A DNA stretch of 64,000 bases from Savitreella phatthalungensis (lineage: Eukaryota): the NCBI GenBank assembly GCA_051599415.1, contig AP039711.1:124001-188000 (forward strand), written 5' to 3'. The notes under the pieces are model-generated. The model saw only the letters and a list, made by a program, of their open reading frames with translations, ran no database searches and was not told the DNA's origin. The position numbers were made by a program, and so were the translations under genes. Positions 1 through 10,453 of this stretch are shown piece by piece (positions within the stretch are counted from its first letter, which is position 1; every line of letters starts with the position of its first letter).

Positions 1-277
1 TCAGCCCTACTCCTGATCGAATGCTTGGACCTCATGCTCTAGCTTCCTTTCCTCGAGTACAGTGCACGTAGATCTGAGCATACACAAAGTCGCTTTGAAG
101 AGTCGCTCTCCCTATCTCAATCTCTATCGCGCGTCACCACTTCCATCACAACAACCATCACTCCTCGGAGAGCCGTAGCCTTTCGACCATTCTCACACCC
201 ACATAAGAAAGGGTTCTTTCGCTCAAACCAAGTCTCCAAGAACAAAGTATCCATACTATACAGTAATCTCGTAAAAC

Positions 278-613
278 ATGGCTATCCAGCAGCAACAAGA
301 AGTCGCCGTCGCCGTCCCAGCCACGGTGCCAACCATGTCGCAGACCCCTGTCTCCGACTCCCAGTCTGTCTCTCAGCTTGAGCAACAGACGGCGCCCGTC
401 CAGGAAGGTTGGCTCGCCAGGCTCAGAGGTGGAGCTCACCCTATTGCGGAATGCCTAGCATGCTGCTGTGTCTGTCTCGCGTAAGATCCCCCCTTCTCCC
501 CATTCTCTGGGCTTGACCCGATGACTGACATTTTGTGTTTTCGCGATAGTGCTGAAGATATCGCAGCTTGCCTGTGTCTCGACTCGCTCTGCTTCTGCTG
601 CTCCGAGGCCTAA
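278..613 (+). CDS. Small Cys-rich CYSTM-like membrane-tail protein, 88 aa, 2 exons (278-480, 550-613), with internal RLRGG motif
   Basis: ATG in good context (AAAACATGG). Intron 481-549 has a GTAAGA donor, a CTGAC branch site and a TAG acceptor. Splicing removes the stop at 482-484 and gives ...WLARLRGGAHPIAECLACCCVCLAAEDIAACLCLDSLCFCCSEA*. A Q/P/S-rich N-terminus with a Cys-rich hydrophobic C-terminus is the CYSTM architecture. Confidence 0.8.
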
Positions 614-647
614 CAGAAGGAACATTCTCTCCCGTAGCCATATATCC

Positions 648-857
648 CTACCACCGTCGACCGCCGAGTCCGCGACTCACGCATGCCTTGAACGCCTCAA
701 ACTCCCGTACGCAACCGTCCTTCCCAATGTCATCCACCTGAGACACCACACAGCGACCGTAAGCCGCACCTTCCACACCACATCGAGACATCGCGCTTGA
801 TAATCGCGCCAGCGGTCGTTGTACAGCAGTCCCAGCAGCTGTGACCGGCGTCGTCAT
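648..857 (-). CDS. NDUFAF8: Twin CX9C mitochondrial protein, NDUFAF8-like complex I assembly factor (69 aa)
   Basis: First ATG at 857 (MTTPV...). CGVEGAAYGRC and CVREFEAFKAC are two CX9C motifs matching the CxxxxxAYGxC...C.xEF..xK.C pattern of the NDUFAF8 family. Confidence 0.8.
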   Translation of the reverse strand: MTTPVTAAGTAVQRPLARLSSAMSRCGVEGAAYGRCVVSQVDDIGKDGCVREFEAFKACVSRGLGGRRW

Positions 858-1184
858 CCTCGCTTGTTGTGAGTGATTGTTGTCGTGCGTGACAAGAAGG
901 TAGCTACCGAAGTACTGTAGAGTGTGTGTGTGAGAGGTGGTGACGTGAGATGGGTGATTCGGACTATTCAACAGTGACGTGCATTCAAAATCACAAAACA
1001 GACATCTTCACCAAAAGATGCACAAAAAGGTTCAAAGAGTCAAAAGTCAACCTGGTACGAGGTACACAAACAGCGCTCTCACACGCTCATACACTCTCTC
1101 TCACTCTCTCATAGCCACAAACCCTCTTTCAACGTACAATATCACTCGCTATCAGCCTGTTGCTCTTCTGTTGCTCTTTTAGTG

Positions 1185-2240
1185 ATGGCTCCGAGGACGC
1201 AGGTCGGTAGAGGACCAGGTGAAATCCGTCTCACGAGGGACGAACAGAAGCTGTATGAAGCGTTGAAGAGTGGAGACTACACTCCAAAGACGCAGGACGA
1301 AGCACTGGCGTCAGTCTCTGGCAAATCACCCGAGTGGCTAGCAGTCGCCATCAACAAGCTCGTCCACCAGCAACTTGTCATCCTCAAGCAAGACTCCTCA
1401 TCCAATGTATCCTACCAGGCAGTCGCAGAAGCCGAGGCGAAAAAGGTCAGAGAGCTCGAAGACGACGATCGAATGGTGTATCTCCAGGTCAAGGACGCTG
1501 GCAGTTCAGGTGTATGGACGAGGACGATCAAGCAGAAAACGGCACTGCACACGACAGTCATTAATAGGGCGATCAAGACGCTAGAGACGAGATCGATGAT
1601 CAAGGGATTCAGGCACGTTCAGTACCAGACAAGAAAGTACTACATCCTCTACGACCTGTCGCCATCAGTCGAGGCGTCAGGAGGCACGTTCTTCCAGGAC
1701 TCGGAGCTCGACCAGGATTTCGTCCAGCAGCTGCGGAAGGTGATCATGGTCATCATCGAGCGCAAGGCCGGTATTTCGAGATCAGGTGGTCGAGGAGGTG
1801 CTGTGGAGGACGATGAGGAAGAGAGGTACAGACAGCGTCGGCTTCCTCCGGGTTCGCTGAGAAAGCGGTTGCCGAGGGTGGAGGATCTGATGACGTCGCT
1901 GAACGAGTCTGGGATCACGCAGCAGCCACTAGCGCTAGCAGACGTCCAGGCCGTCGTCAACACGCTCGTCTACGACGGAAAGCTACAACCTGTAGGACAC
2001 ATCGCCTCCGGAAAGTACCTCCCAGTCCGCAGAATCCCAGCCGCACCAGCCCCACAGTCACACCAAACAACCAATGAGACTAACGAGCAACCCCAACTGT
2101 CCACCAAACAGACCATGCAGGCAGCCATCACACAGGTACCCTGTGGAAATTGCCCAGTCGCGGGAATCTGTCAACCTGGCGGTGTTGTGTCTCCCGAGGG
2201 GTGCGGGTACTGGGATACCTGGCTCTCGAAGATGCTATAG
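1185..2240 (+). CDS. RPC34: RNA polymerase III subunit C34/RPC6
   Basis: Winged-helix segment (GVWTRTIKQKTALH...IKTLE...RKYYILYDLSPS...GGTFFQDSELD) and C-terminal Fe-S motif PCGNCPVAGICQPGGVVSPEGCGYW. Confidence 0.95.
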   Translation: MAPRTQVGRGPGEIRLTRDEQKLYEALKSGDYTPKTQDEALASVSGKSPEWLAVAINKLVHQQLVILKQDSSSNVSYQAVAEAEAKKVRELEDDDRMVYLQVKDAGSSGVWTRTIKQKTALHTTVINRAIKTLETRSMIKGFRHVQYQTRKYYILYDLSPSVEASGGTFFQDSELDQDFVQQLRKVIMVIIERKAGISRSGGRGGAVEDDEEERYRQRRLPPGSLRKRLPRVEDLMTSLNESGITQQPLALADVQAVVNTLVYDGKLQPVGHIASGKYLPVRRIPAAPAPQSHQTTNETNEQPQLSTKQTMQAAITQVPCGNCPVAGICQPGGVVSPEGCGYWDTWLSKML

Positions 2241-2454
2241 CCAGGGGAGTCTCATCACTCACCCACCACCCATACACGGTGACACTTATACGCGATGACA
2301 CACTTACACAGGGACAGACGACACTCGAATATGACACCGCTCTAACGATGACAAACGACATAGAAGAAAAGAGAGATGATAATGATGATCCACCAGATGT
2401 TCCAGATGAGATGAATCTGTGTAGTGGATACTGTACAGTAGATTGTCTATGAGA

Positions 2455-2546
2455 GACAGTGACCGGGTGACTTCAGAGACAGTGACTGGAGGACTCCTGG
2501 AACAGTGACTAGGTGACTCCTGGGACAGTGACTGGGTGACTCCCGA
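2455..2546. repeat. Degenerate minisatellite, 4 x 23 bp (consensus GACAGTGACTGGGTGACTCCTGG)
   Basis: Units at 2455, 2478, 2501 and 2524 read directly from the sequence; intergenic between RPC34 and PUF6. Confidence 0.9.
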
Positions 2547-2747
2547 GCGTGTGTGTATGAGTGAGAGTGTGTTTGTGCATATTTGAATGAAATATATTTG
2601 TACTACCCTGTCACTAAATAACAGTATACATAAATCTACACGTGCACACAACCACATCCATACTCACACCAGGCACAAACAAGTCAACGTCCTAGTCCTA
2701 CTTCTGGTACATCTACTCTCTCAGTGGACAATAGAAACCTCTTCATC

Positions 2748-4730
2748 ATGCCCGCAGTCAAGCGGAGAGGTACAGACTATTCAGCTGGAGGAAGTCGCAG
2801 AGTCAAGCGTCAAGCATCTGCCCCAGCATCCACACCAAAACCGCCAAAACAGGTAAAGCCGCAGCAGCAGGTCAAGCAGCAGCAGCAGGTCAAGCAGCAA
2901 CCAGCCAACCAGGAGTCTGAAGATGAACTAGACGAGCTAGACATGTCTAGCGACAGCGACAATTCCAGCTCAGAAGCACCACAAGACGACGATGATGATG
3001 ATTCAGAAGACGATGACGAAGAAGACGCAAACTCGCAACCAGATGCAGCAGGTCAGTCACAGATCCAAATGGTACCAGGTCCACCGAAGGAGACCGCACG
3101 AGAATCTCACATCAAGCAGAAGATCGCTCAGCAGGAGCGGAAGCAGGCCAAACCACACTACGACATTCTAACCCAGGCAAAATCCCTTTGGTCAAGTCTG
3201 AACAAGAAGAAGCTATCACGAAAGGAGCGGGAGAAACTTGTCGGGGAACTCTTCGACGTCTGTCGTGACAACGTGTGCGACATCATCTTCAAGCACGATG
3301 CATCCCGGTGTATCCAGGCAGCTTTCAAGTACGGCACGCGGGAACAGAGACTCCAGATCCTGCGTGAACTCGAAGGTCGGATTCCAGAGTTGGCAGAGTC
3401 GACGTACGGCAAATTCCTGGTGGTCAAGATGCTGCTGTACGGAGACGAGAAGGCGCGTGCACTGGTAGTCAAGGAGCTGCGGGGGAAAGTACGAAAGATG
3501 ATCCGGCACAGGGAAGCAGCGTACGTGGTCGAGGATGCATTCAGGGAGTACACGAGCGCCGCACAGCAGGACGCCCTCGTCGGCGAGCTCTACGGAGCCG
3601 AGTTTGCAGTCTTCCAGGGACAAGTCCCACCCCTCCACGACCTCCTCAAGCAACAGCCGGCGAAGCGAGACCTCATCATGTCAAACCTGTTCGCAGCCAT
3701 CAAAGCATCCGTCGAGAAGGGCTCTGCAGGGTTCACCATCATCCACAGGGCTCTCGTCTACTACATCGTCGAGGCCAACGCCACAGAGCGGCTAGAGGTG
3801 ATCGATCTGCTCAGAGAACAACTCGCAGAGATCGTTCATACTAGAGACGGCGTCCAAGTGGCAGCGCGTGTCATCGCTCACGCCACCGCCAAAGACCGGA
3901 AGCTGATCATGAAGGCATTCAAGCCACACACCTTCCAGGCACTCACAGACGAGTACGGTTGGATGGCCATGGCCGCACTCTTCTTAGCAGTCGACGACAC
4001 AGTCCTGATGACAAAGGCATTTGTTCCAGAGATCCAGGCCAAGGTGCTCGATCTTTTGGAGAATCGGCATGCACGCAAGTTCTTCCTCACAGTCCTAACG
4101 GGAGGACCCCAGCGAAAGTATCTCGTCGACAAGGAAGTCGACTTGCTTACTCTCGTCCAGGAACTCAAGCAGGCAACCTCGAAGAAGGACGACGGCACCC
4201 GATCGAGAGAAGTACTCGATCAGCTCGCACCGGTCCTGCTTGCTGCAGCAACAGAAAACCTGAAGGGTATGCTAGCAGACCCGAATGCCGCACCCCTCCT
4301 CCTAGAGCTCCTCCTGCATGCGCCAGAATCGCAACCTCGAGAGACGCTTGTGGACGCCATCATCTCATCGTTCGTTGCAGCAGGTCCACCCTCACGGACT
4401 CTATCGTCTCACTCGCCACGATTCCTCAAGACTCTCGTCCAAGGAGGTCACTTTGACAAGTCTGCAGGCGGCATCGTCAGATCGCCTACATTCGCCACCG
4501 CCGACTTCCCACAAAAGCTAGCGACCGAGCTCGTCGCCAATGACCACGCAGCCTCTTGGGCGGCCTCCGATGCTTCATTCGTCATTCTAGCACTCCTTGA
4601 AGCTCACGAGCAAGGTCTCAAGGACAAGCAGCCACTCAAACAAGCACTCCTCGAACACAAGCATTCCATAGAACAAGCAGCAAACAAGGGCAACAAGGGC
4701 AGCAAGCTTGTACTCGACCTGCTTGAATAG
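2748..4730 (+). CDS. PUF6: Pumilio-repeat/CPL-domain nucleolar protein Puf6 (60S biogenesis)
   Basis: Basic then acidic N-terminus, followed by Puf6-type repeats (KHDASRCIQAAFKYG, YGKFLVVKMLLYG, IVHTRDG, AKDRKLIMK, VDDTVL). First ATG at 2748. Confidence 0.93.
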   Translation: MPAVKRRGTDYSAGGSRRVKRQASAPASTPKPPKQVKPQQQVKQQQQVKQQPANQESEDELDELDMSSDSDNSSSEAPQDDDDDDSEDDDEEDANSQPDAAGQSQIQMVPGPPKETARESHIKQKIAQQERKQAKPHYDILTQAKSLWSSLNKKKLSRKEREKLVGELFDVCRDNVCDIIFKHDASRCIQAAFKYGTREQRLQILRELEGRIPELAESTYGKFLVVKMLLYGDEKARALVVKELRGKVRKMIRHREAAYVVEDAFREYTSAAQQDALVGELYGAEFAVFQGQVPPLHDLLKQQPAKRDLIMSNLFAAIKASVEKGSAGFTIIHRALVYYIVEANATERLEVIDLLREQLAEIVHTRDGVQVAARVIAHATAKDRKLIMKAFKPHTFQALTDEYGWMAMAALFLAVDDTVLMTKAFVPEIQAKVLDLLENRHARKFFLTVLTGGPQRKYLVDKEVDLLTLVQELKQATSKKDDGTRSREVLDQLAPVLLAAATENLKGMLADPNAAPLLLELLLHAPESQPRETLVDAIISSFVAAGPPSRTLSSHSPRFLKTLVQGGHFDKSAGGIVRSPTFATADFPQKLATELVANDHAASWAASDASFVILALLEAHEQGLKDKQPLKQALLEHKHSIEQAANKGNKGSKLVLDLLE

Positions 4731-5075
4731 CTAGCACTGCCTAGCCGAGCAGCACAGAGTGTGCAGTGTACAAATCGAGAGACAGGCTGAGGCTCAGACT
4801 CTAGTAGGTATATACGATGTGTATAGGTATCTTCAACCATGGAGTATACCCTGTTACTGCTGCTGCATTGCTGCCGTTGCATTCATCCTTGTATGCGATT
4901 CAAGCTTATAATGAACAGAATGACTGAATGCATGTACGACATTGTACAAAGAAAAAGTTACACAAAACAAGAGAGCACAGAGCGTGACGTCGACAACGAC
5001 CTCCTCCTTCTCCTGATCCTCATCCTCCCCTCTTCTTCTACCCTCTCTCCCTCTCTTCTTTCTATAGACATAGGC

Positions 5076-7541
5076 ATGGCTCCACTGGATCTACCTCCAA
5101 ACCGTGCTCTAGATGCAGCGGCAGCATACCAGTTCAGACAAGTCCTCCAGGCGTACGAGTCAAAGGAGTACAAGCGCGGTATCAAGCTTGCAGATGCCAT
5201 CCTCAAGCGCTTCCCAACTCATGGAGAGACTCTAGCGATGAAGGGTCTCATCACCTACAACACAGGCGCAAAGGACGAAGGTTGGGAGCTTGTGAAGAAA
5301 GGTCTGAGACACGATATCAAAAGTCACGTTGCCTGGCACGTCTACGGGCTGATGCACCGTGCAGAGCGGGCGTGGGAGGAAGCGATGAAGGCGTATGTGA
5401 ATGCACTCAGATTCGAGCCAGAGCAGCAGGTCATCCTCAGAGATCTCGCCAATATTCAGGCTCAACTCCGCGTATATCCTGGTCTAGTCGAGACCCGGAA
5501 AGCCCTCCTAAAACGCACACCCGACGACCGATCTGCAACCACAGCGCTCGCAGTCGCCTACCACCTCGCTGGTGACCCAAAAGCAGCAGACAGAGTTCTG
5601 GAAGCATTCGAGACAGACAAGCTGCTTGTGAAGCCACGCAACTCGCCAGAACACTCCATGGTCACACTTTACCACAACACCGTCATCGCAGCAACAGGTG
5701 ACATCGACCGCGCACTCACCCATCTCAATCTGACTGGGGGAGCAATCCTAGACAAGCTAGAGCTGAAGGAGCGTCGTGCAAAGTACGCACTTGCCCTCGG
5801 TCGGTACGAGGATGCACAGAAGTACTATCTCAGCCTGCTGGACATCAATCCTGACTGCTATGCATACTTTCGTGGGTACACGGCCGCAAGGCAGATCTCC
5901 AATACCGACCAGGATGCTCTCCTCGCCGTGTACAAGGAGCTTCAGAAGAAGTACCCACGGTCGACGGCCGTCAAGCGACTTCCACTTGACTTTCTCACGG
6001 GCGAGAAGTTCGTCGAGGCAGCAGACGCATACCTGCGAGGACGACTCCAAAAAGGTGTTCCTTCGACGTTCGTTGACGTCAAGGCGCTGTACACGTCAGA
6101 GGAGAAGGCAAATACGATCGAGAAGCTTGTTTTAGGGTATCTTGCCGTGCTGGAGCATGACCAGGACGCACCACTCCAAACTCTGACGCCGAATGGGACA
6201 AAGCGAGATGCTCCCACAGCTTACCTGTGGACGCTGTACCTGCTAGCACAGCACTACGACTATACGAGAGCCTTGCCGCGGGCACTCGAGCTGATCGACC
6301 GAGCGATCAGCCACACGCCGACCCTGGTGGAGTTGCATATGGGCCGTGCGCGGATCCTGAAGCATCTGGGCAAGGTCGGGGAGGCTGCAGATGCGATGAA
6401 CGCAGCGAGAGAACTCGACCTGCAAGACCGCCACGTCAACACGAAATCGACAAAGTACTTCCTCCGCGCAGACGCAAATGGCGAAGCCATCCAGACCATC
6501 TCACTCTTCGTCAACACGACACTCGGGGGAGGCGCCATTGGCGACCTCGCGGAAATGCAATCCCTCAACTTCCTGCTTGAGGACGGAATCTCGTGGGCGC
6601 GCCAGGGCCTGATCGGACTAGCCCTCAAGCGCTTCCACCAGGTCAAGAAGGCTGTCGATCTATGGGCTGACGACCAGTACGACTTCCACGCATACTGCTT
6701 CCGAAAGAGCACGCTGGACGCGTATGTGGACATGCTCAAATGGGCGGACAACTCCCTCTACGGCAATGTCCAGTACCGCCGGTGCGTGCGGGCTGCAGTG
6801 TCCATCCTCATCGCCCTTCACCGTGACCCTAGCCTGAACACGGGCTTCCCACCAGACTCCCCAACTGCTACAGACGCAGACAGGAAGAAGGACAGGAAGC
6901 GGATCCAGAAAATCAGGGCAAGAGTGTCCAAGGACGCCACCCGAGAACCAGACAAGAAACCGGAAAAGGACACGAACGCTGACTACGTCAGGAAACCAGA
7001 CCTAGATCCACTAGGTGACACACTCCTCCAAGACAAGCAACCACTCCAAACTGCTCTTACCTATATCACACCGCTCCGCGCAGCACTGCCGACGGATGTC
7101 GAGGCTGTGTGTTTGGAGGCTGACGTGCGATTGTGCCTGGGTGAGTTTGGGAAGGTGTTCGGGTTGCTGGAGAGTGTTGCTGAGGAGGTCGATGGGGATG
7201 TGTGGATCACACCTCGAGCAGTCGCCCTGTGGTGTGCAGTCACGGACGAAGGCACGATCACGAGGTCGGACGTCGAGAGAGCATTCTTCGGTGGACATCC
7301 ACCATCTACAGACTTCCAAATCACAAACCTCCTTTCCATCACAGCATACCTAGACATCCTCAACACGCTGGACGCCAGCACCATCCCACCATCACACGAG
7401 CAGGCTATCCTAAACGTCCTCACAAACACCCGCAAGTTGTCATACCACGATAGCTTGGCCATCGTCAACAGACTTGTGGCTGTGGATGCTGAGGTGGGAG
7501 GTCGTGTGAAGGATGGACTGAATGAGCGGTGGCGCCCTTGA
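5076..7541 (+). CDS. NAT1: NatA N-terminal acetyltransferase auxiliary subunit (Nat1/Naa15)
   Basis: YESKEYKRGIK, HGETLAMKGL, SHVAWHVYGL, HTPTLVELHMGRARILKHLG, ARELDLQDR and DQYDFHAYCFRK are Naa15 TPR motifs. The conserved start is MAPLDLPP at 5076, not the ORF-track start at 4839. Confidence 0.95.
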   Translation: MAPLDLPPNRALDAAAAYQFRQVLQAYESKEYKRGIKLADAILKRFPTHGETLAMKGLITYNTGAKDEGWELVKKGLRHDIKSHVAWHVYGLMHRAERAWEEAMKAYVNALRFEPEQQVILRDLANIQAQLRVYPGLVETRKALLKRTPDDRSATTALAVAYHLAGDPKAADRVLEAFETDKLLVKPRNSPEHSMVTLYHNTVIAATGDIDRALTHLNLTGGAILDKLELKERRAKYALALGRYEDAQKYYLSLLDINPDCYAYFRGYTAARQISNTDQDALLAVYKELQKKYPRSTAVKRLPLDFLTGEKFVEAADAYLRGRLQKGVPSTFVDVKALYTSEEKANTIEKLVLGYLAVLEHDQDAPLQTLTPNGTKRDAPTAYLWTLYLLAQHYDYTRALPRALELIDRAISHTPTLVELHMGRARILKHLGKVGEAADAMNAARELDLQDRHVNTKSTKYFLRADANGEAIQTISLFVNTTLGGGAIGDLAEMQSLNFLLEDGISWARQGLIGLALKRFHQVKKAVDLWADDQYDFHAYCFRKSTLDAYVDMLKWADNSLYGNVQYRRCVRAAVSILIALHRDPSLNTGFPPDSPTATDADRKKDRKRIQKIRARVSKDATREPDKKPEKDTNADYVRKPDLDPLGDTLLQDKQPLQTALTYITPLRAALPTDVEAVCLEADVRLCLGEFGKVFGLLESVAEEVDGDVWITPRAVALWCAVTDEGTITRSDVERAFFGGHPPSTDFQITNLLSITAYLDILNTLDASTIPPSHEQAILNVLTNTRKLSYHDSLAIVNRLVAVDAEVGGRVKDGLNERWRP

Positions 7542-7695
7542 GTCTTGTTCATATCACCATCACTTCTACTACTACTACTAGCATCCTTAGATACCCCCGT
7601 GTGGAAAGCACGGCGGGCGATTTATAAATAGAATTTCTTACTACTACTACACCTACTACACCAACATCATCGTCATCGATACACTTACTACACAG

Positions 7696-8541
7696 ATGGA
7701 TGACGAGTTGCGCTACGACCAAGACATCGCTCAAGGCTTGTATGACGCCGGTCTAGAGTTTGCTCGAACCATGTCACTCGTCCGCCATGCCAAGTGAGTT
7801 CCTCTCTCCCATGGTAGATGTACATACCTACTGACTACGTAGGTGGGCTGGCAGTGGTCGTCAACGGCGTACAGTTTCAACAAACGTCCGCTTTAAAAGA
7901 CTTCGTGTACGTGTGCGAACGTGTGTGTATGTACAGCGACTGACGATGCGCAAAAGGAGCAGATCGATCCACCGCGACCGCAGGTGTACCCGCAGGTGAG
8001 AGTTCACCAACCGCCTCCCGACACCGTTGTTGTCCCTAGAGCTCCTAGATCAAGAGCGTTTGTGCCGGACTCCACACCTGCTGTGACGAGCCCCGAGAGC
8101 GAGAGGGACTCGGCAGAGTGGGTGTACGTCCCACAGGAGAGATCTGCAAGGAGAGCTTTCCATCCAGTGGTGCAGATGACCACGACGCGGGGCGATGAGC
8201 TGCACCACGGAGTTCCCCCGCCGACACCGCAGATGGAGATGGACACGGACACGGCAACGGTCTCGTGGCAGCCGGAGGTGTCTGCAGGAGCCGTGGTGGA
8301 GATGGGCTTCGAGAGTGAGGAGACTGGACTGACAGGCAACGATGACGTTGATATCGGGGAAGAAAAAGAAGGAGAGAAGCGATCTCGACCGGCGGATCTC
8401 CCGTCTCCCGAACGCAAGCGGCAGAAAACTACTGCTGATCAGCGCACCGATCATTTTGAGCGAACCGACCATGTTGATGACGATGAATCGTTCTGGCGAG
8501 CGGCAGCGAGGGTGGATGACGAGCGAGCGTTCATGCCATAA
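7696..8541 (+). CDS. Hypothetical protein, 248 aa, 3 exons (7696-7793, 7843-7906, 7957-8541)
   Basis: Two canonical short introns (7794-7842 GTGAGT..CTGAC..TAG; 7907-7956 GTACGT..CTGAC..AAG) join MDDELRYDQD... in frame to the 7921-8541 ORF without stops. The C-terminal part is low complexity with an NLS-like SPERKRQK. Confidence 0.7.
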
Positions 8542-8559
8542 GAATCGAAGTCGTTATCT

Positions 8560-9681
8560 CTACACGCGCAGTCTGCGGAGCCCATCGATGCCGGTGATGA
8601 GGGCGACACCGGTGACTGGACAGCTTGCGTGCTTGGATACCCAGGCGTGGGCGCAGGCGTAGCAGAGGACGTACCCTGTGGGTAGCGCTGTGGGTGCGGT
8701 GATGGTCCCGCGTTTGCACAACGGACAGCCTTTGCCAGCGTTGGGCCTGTCGACGGCGGTGTTGGTTGATGTGGCAGGGGGTGAGGGAGGAGGAAGGTCG
8801 ACTGAACTTGTCGTCTGTCGTGATAACTGCTTGGCGAAATCCGAAGCTGACCACCACTCCACAAACTTGAGGAAGAAGATGCCGAGCGGGAGCGCAAGCC
8901 GTAGAGCATCCAGCACACGCGGCAGGATGTGTTGGGCAATAGCAGCAGGCGACAGCGTCGAGTCTGCGGGCATCCCACCCAAAAACGGCCTATCCTCCGA
9001 AAGCTTCTCAAGCTTACGGAAATCATCACCATCCAACCGCACAACAGACTGACCAATTATCCAAAGCGACAGCGTATGGTGGTCAGCATCACCAAACAGG
9101 TAGCCGAGCTGGAATAGAAGTGAGGAGAGGTGGTACCCAGCATTCACAAATGGGTACCATCGCTTGAAGAGTCTGATGTGTCTGGGAGTATCTTCGTCTC
9201 CGGAGGAAGGTGACCGACGGATGTGGAGATCTGCTGCACCGTGTCGTTCCCAGAGGTGGTCCAGCTTGGCTTTGAGGTAGGGTATGCCGATGAGGAGGAG
9301 GAGTGCGAGGTATCGATCTCTGCGTGAGAGTTTGAGTGCGCGGGAGAGGAACGAGGGTGCTTGGGCGTGGGTGCGAGGGAAGCGTGAGGAAGAGGAGCGA
9401 GGGGTCAGTCCACGTTTCAACCCATAGAAGTTCTCAGTAAACGTGCCACCAAACTCTTTCAAAAAGTGACGCTCCACCAGGAATGTCGCTACCGCGTACA
9501 CCTCGTCAGTCCGATTCGCAACCCTTAGCAAGTAGCGAGGGTACCGTTCACCATAGTACGCGAGCACGTACCGCAGCGCAGGCAACAGCAACTCCCGAAG
9601 CTGATCCTGAGCAATCAACTCAAACACACTCGGCTTGTTAGGGTCAAGCGCAGACGATGATAAGTTCGACAGGAAGTCCAT
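8560..9681 (-). CDS. PEX12: Peroxisomal RING-finger peroxin Pex12
   Basis: KPSVFELIAQDQL, FTENFYGLKR, IFFLKFVEWW and the degenerate RING CPLC...TGYVLCYAC...CPVT. Confidence 0.95.
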   Translation of the reverse strand: MDFLSNLSSSALDPNKPSVFELIAQDQLRELLLPALRYVLAYYGERYPRYLLRVANRTDEVYAVATFLVERHFLKEFGGTFTENFYGLKRGLTPRSSSSRFPRTHAQAPSFLSRALKLSRRDRYLALLLLIGIPYLKAKLDHLWERHGAADLHIRRSPSSGDEDTPRHIRLFKRWYPFVNAGYHLSSLLFQLGYLFGDADHHTLSLWIIGQSVVRLDGDDFRKLEKLSEDRPFLGGMPADSTLSPAAIAQHILPRVLDALRLALPLGIFFLKFVEWWSASDFAKQLSRQTTSSVDLPPPSPPATSTNTAVDRPNAGKGCPLCKRGTITAPTALPTGYVLCYACAHAWVSKHASCPVTGVALITGIDGLRRLRV

Positions 9682-9877
9682 CCTTGCCTGTCTTCTTCGA
9701 TCGCGACCGACGCCCTCCCTCGTCTACGGAGGATGGGATTTTATTGTTTGTGTGAGTATGGTCACACAGCATCTGTCTGTGGTCGTTTTTTGAGGGTTGA
9801 AAATTTGTGGGGTAAGCTTAGCTATCTATTTCACGAGTACGGCGTACGAGGGGGGTTATGCTGGACGAGGTTGGCTT

Positions 9878-10453
9878 TTATGGCGATCGATCCGCTGCCT
9901 GGCGCGACACCCAATCTTGGAGAGCGGCGTGCCAGGAAGGGGCATCGCGGACAGTCGACGCTAGATTCCGACACCGATTCCTAATCACCGACCACGTACG
10001 ATCCCTCACAATCTCCTCAGTCGCCAACTCGCCCTCCACCACAGTCTGCAGGATCGGCGGAGAGGCGGTGGCCCGGCCGGCGTAAGGATCATACCGCTTC
10101 CGTGTCCAGCGGTCACCGCCTCCTGCGTCTGCGATCGGTGTGGCCGTCGTGGTAGGGGAGGGGTGGACTCGGGATGAGCACGCCGCAAGCAAGGTCGATC
10201 TGGCTGCCCAGTTGGCAAAGACGGCGTCGACGAGACGGTCACAGGAGGTCTGATCGATAGGGGCATCTAGTTGCTCTGTTTGCGTGGCTGTGGAACGTCT
10301 GTTTGGGGAGGATGCTGTTGTGGAGAGGGGATCGAATGGTTTGGGAAGTCGGAGGTTGTTCAGGTTTGTGGTGATGGTGTCATCGACAAGTGCTCGCGAT
10401 AGTCGTAGCCAGTCCTTTAGACTAGTGATATCTTCACATAGCTCCTCTGCCAT
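9878..10453 (-). CDS. MIX23: Mix23/Cid2 (CCDC58) mitochondrial intermembrane-space protein
   Basis: LRLSRALVDDTITTNLN, W..R..LL..C, YDPYA and EEIVRDRTWSVI...C match the Cid2/Mix23 family; ATG at 10453. Confidence 0.88.
   Translation of the reverse strand: MAEELCEDITSLKDWLRLSRALVDDTITTNLNNLRLPKPFDPLSTTASSPNRRSTATQTEQLDAPIDQTSCDRLVDAVFANWAARSTLLAACSSRVHPSPTTTATPIADAGGGDRWTRKRYDPYAGRATASPPILQTVVEGELATEEIVRDRTWSVIRNRCRNLASTVRDAPSWHAALQDWVSRQAADRSP

Noticed and set aside
4839..5075. 79-aa N-terminal extension of NAT1 in the ORF track
   Set aside because: It reads through intergenic and pyrimidine-rich leader sequence; Naa15 similarity starts at ATG 5076.
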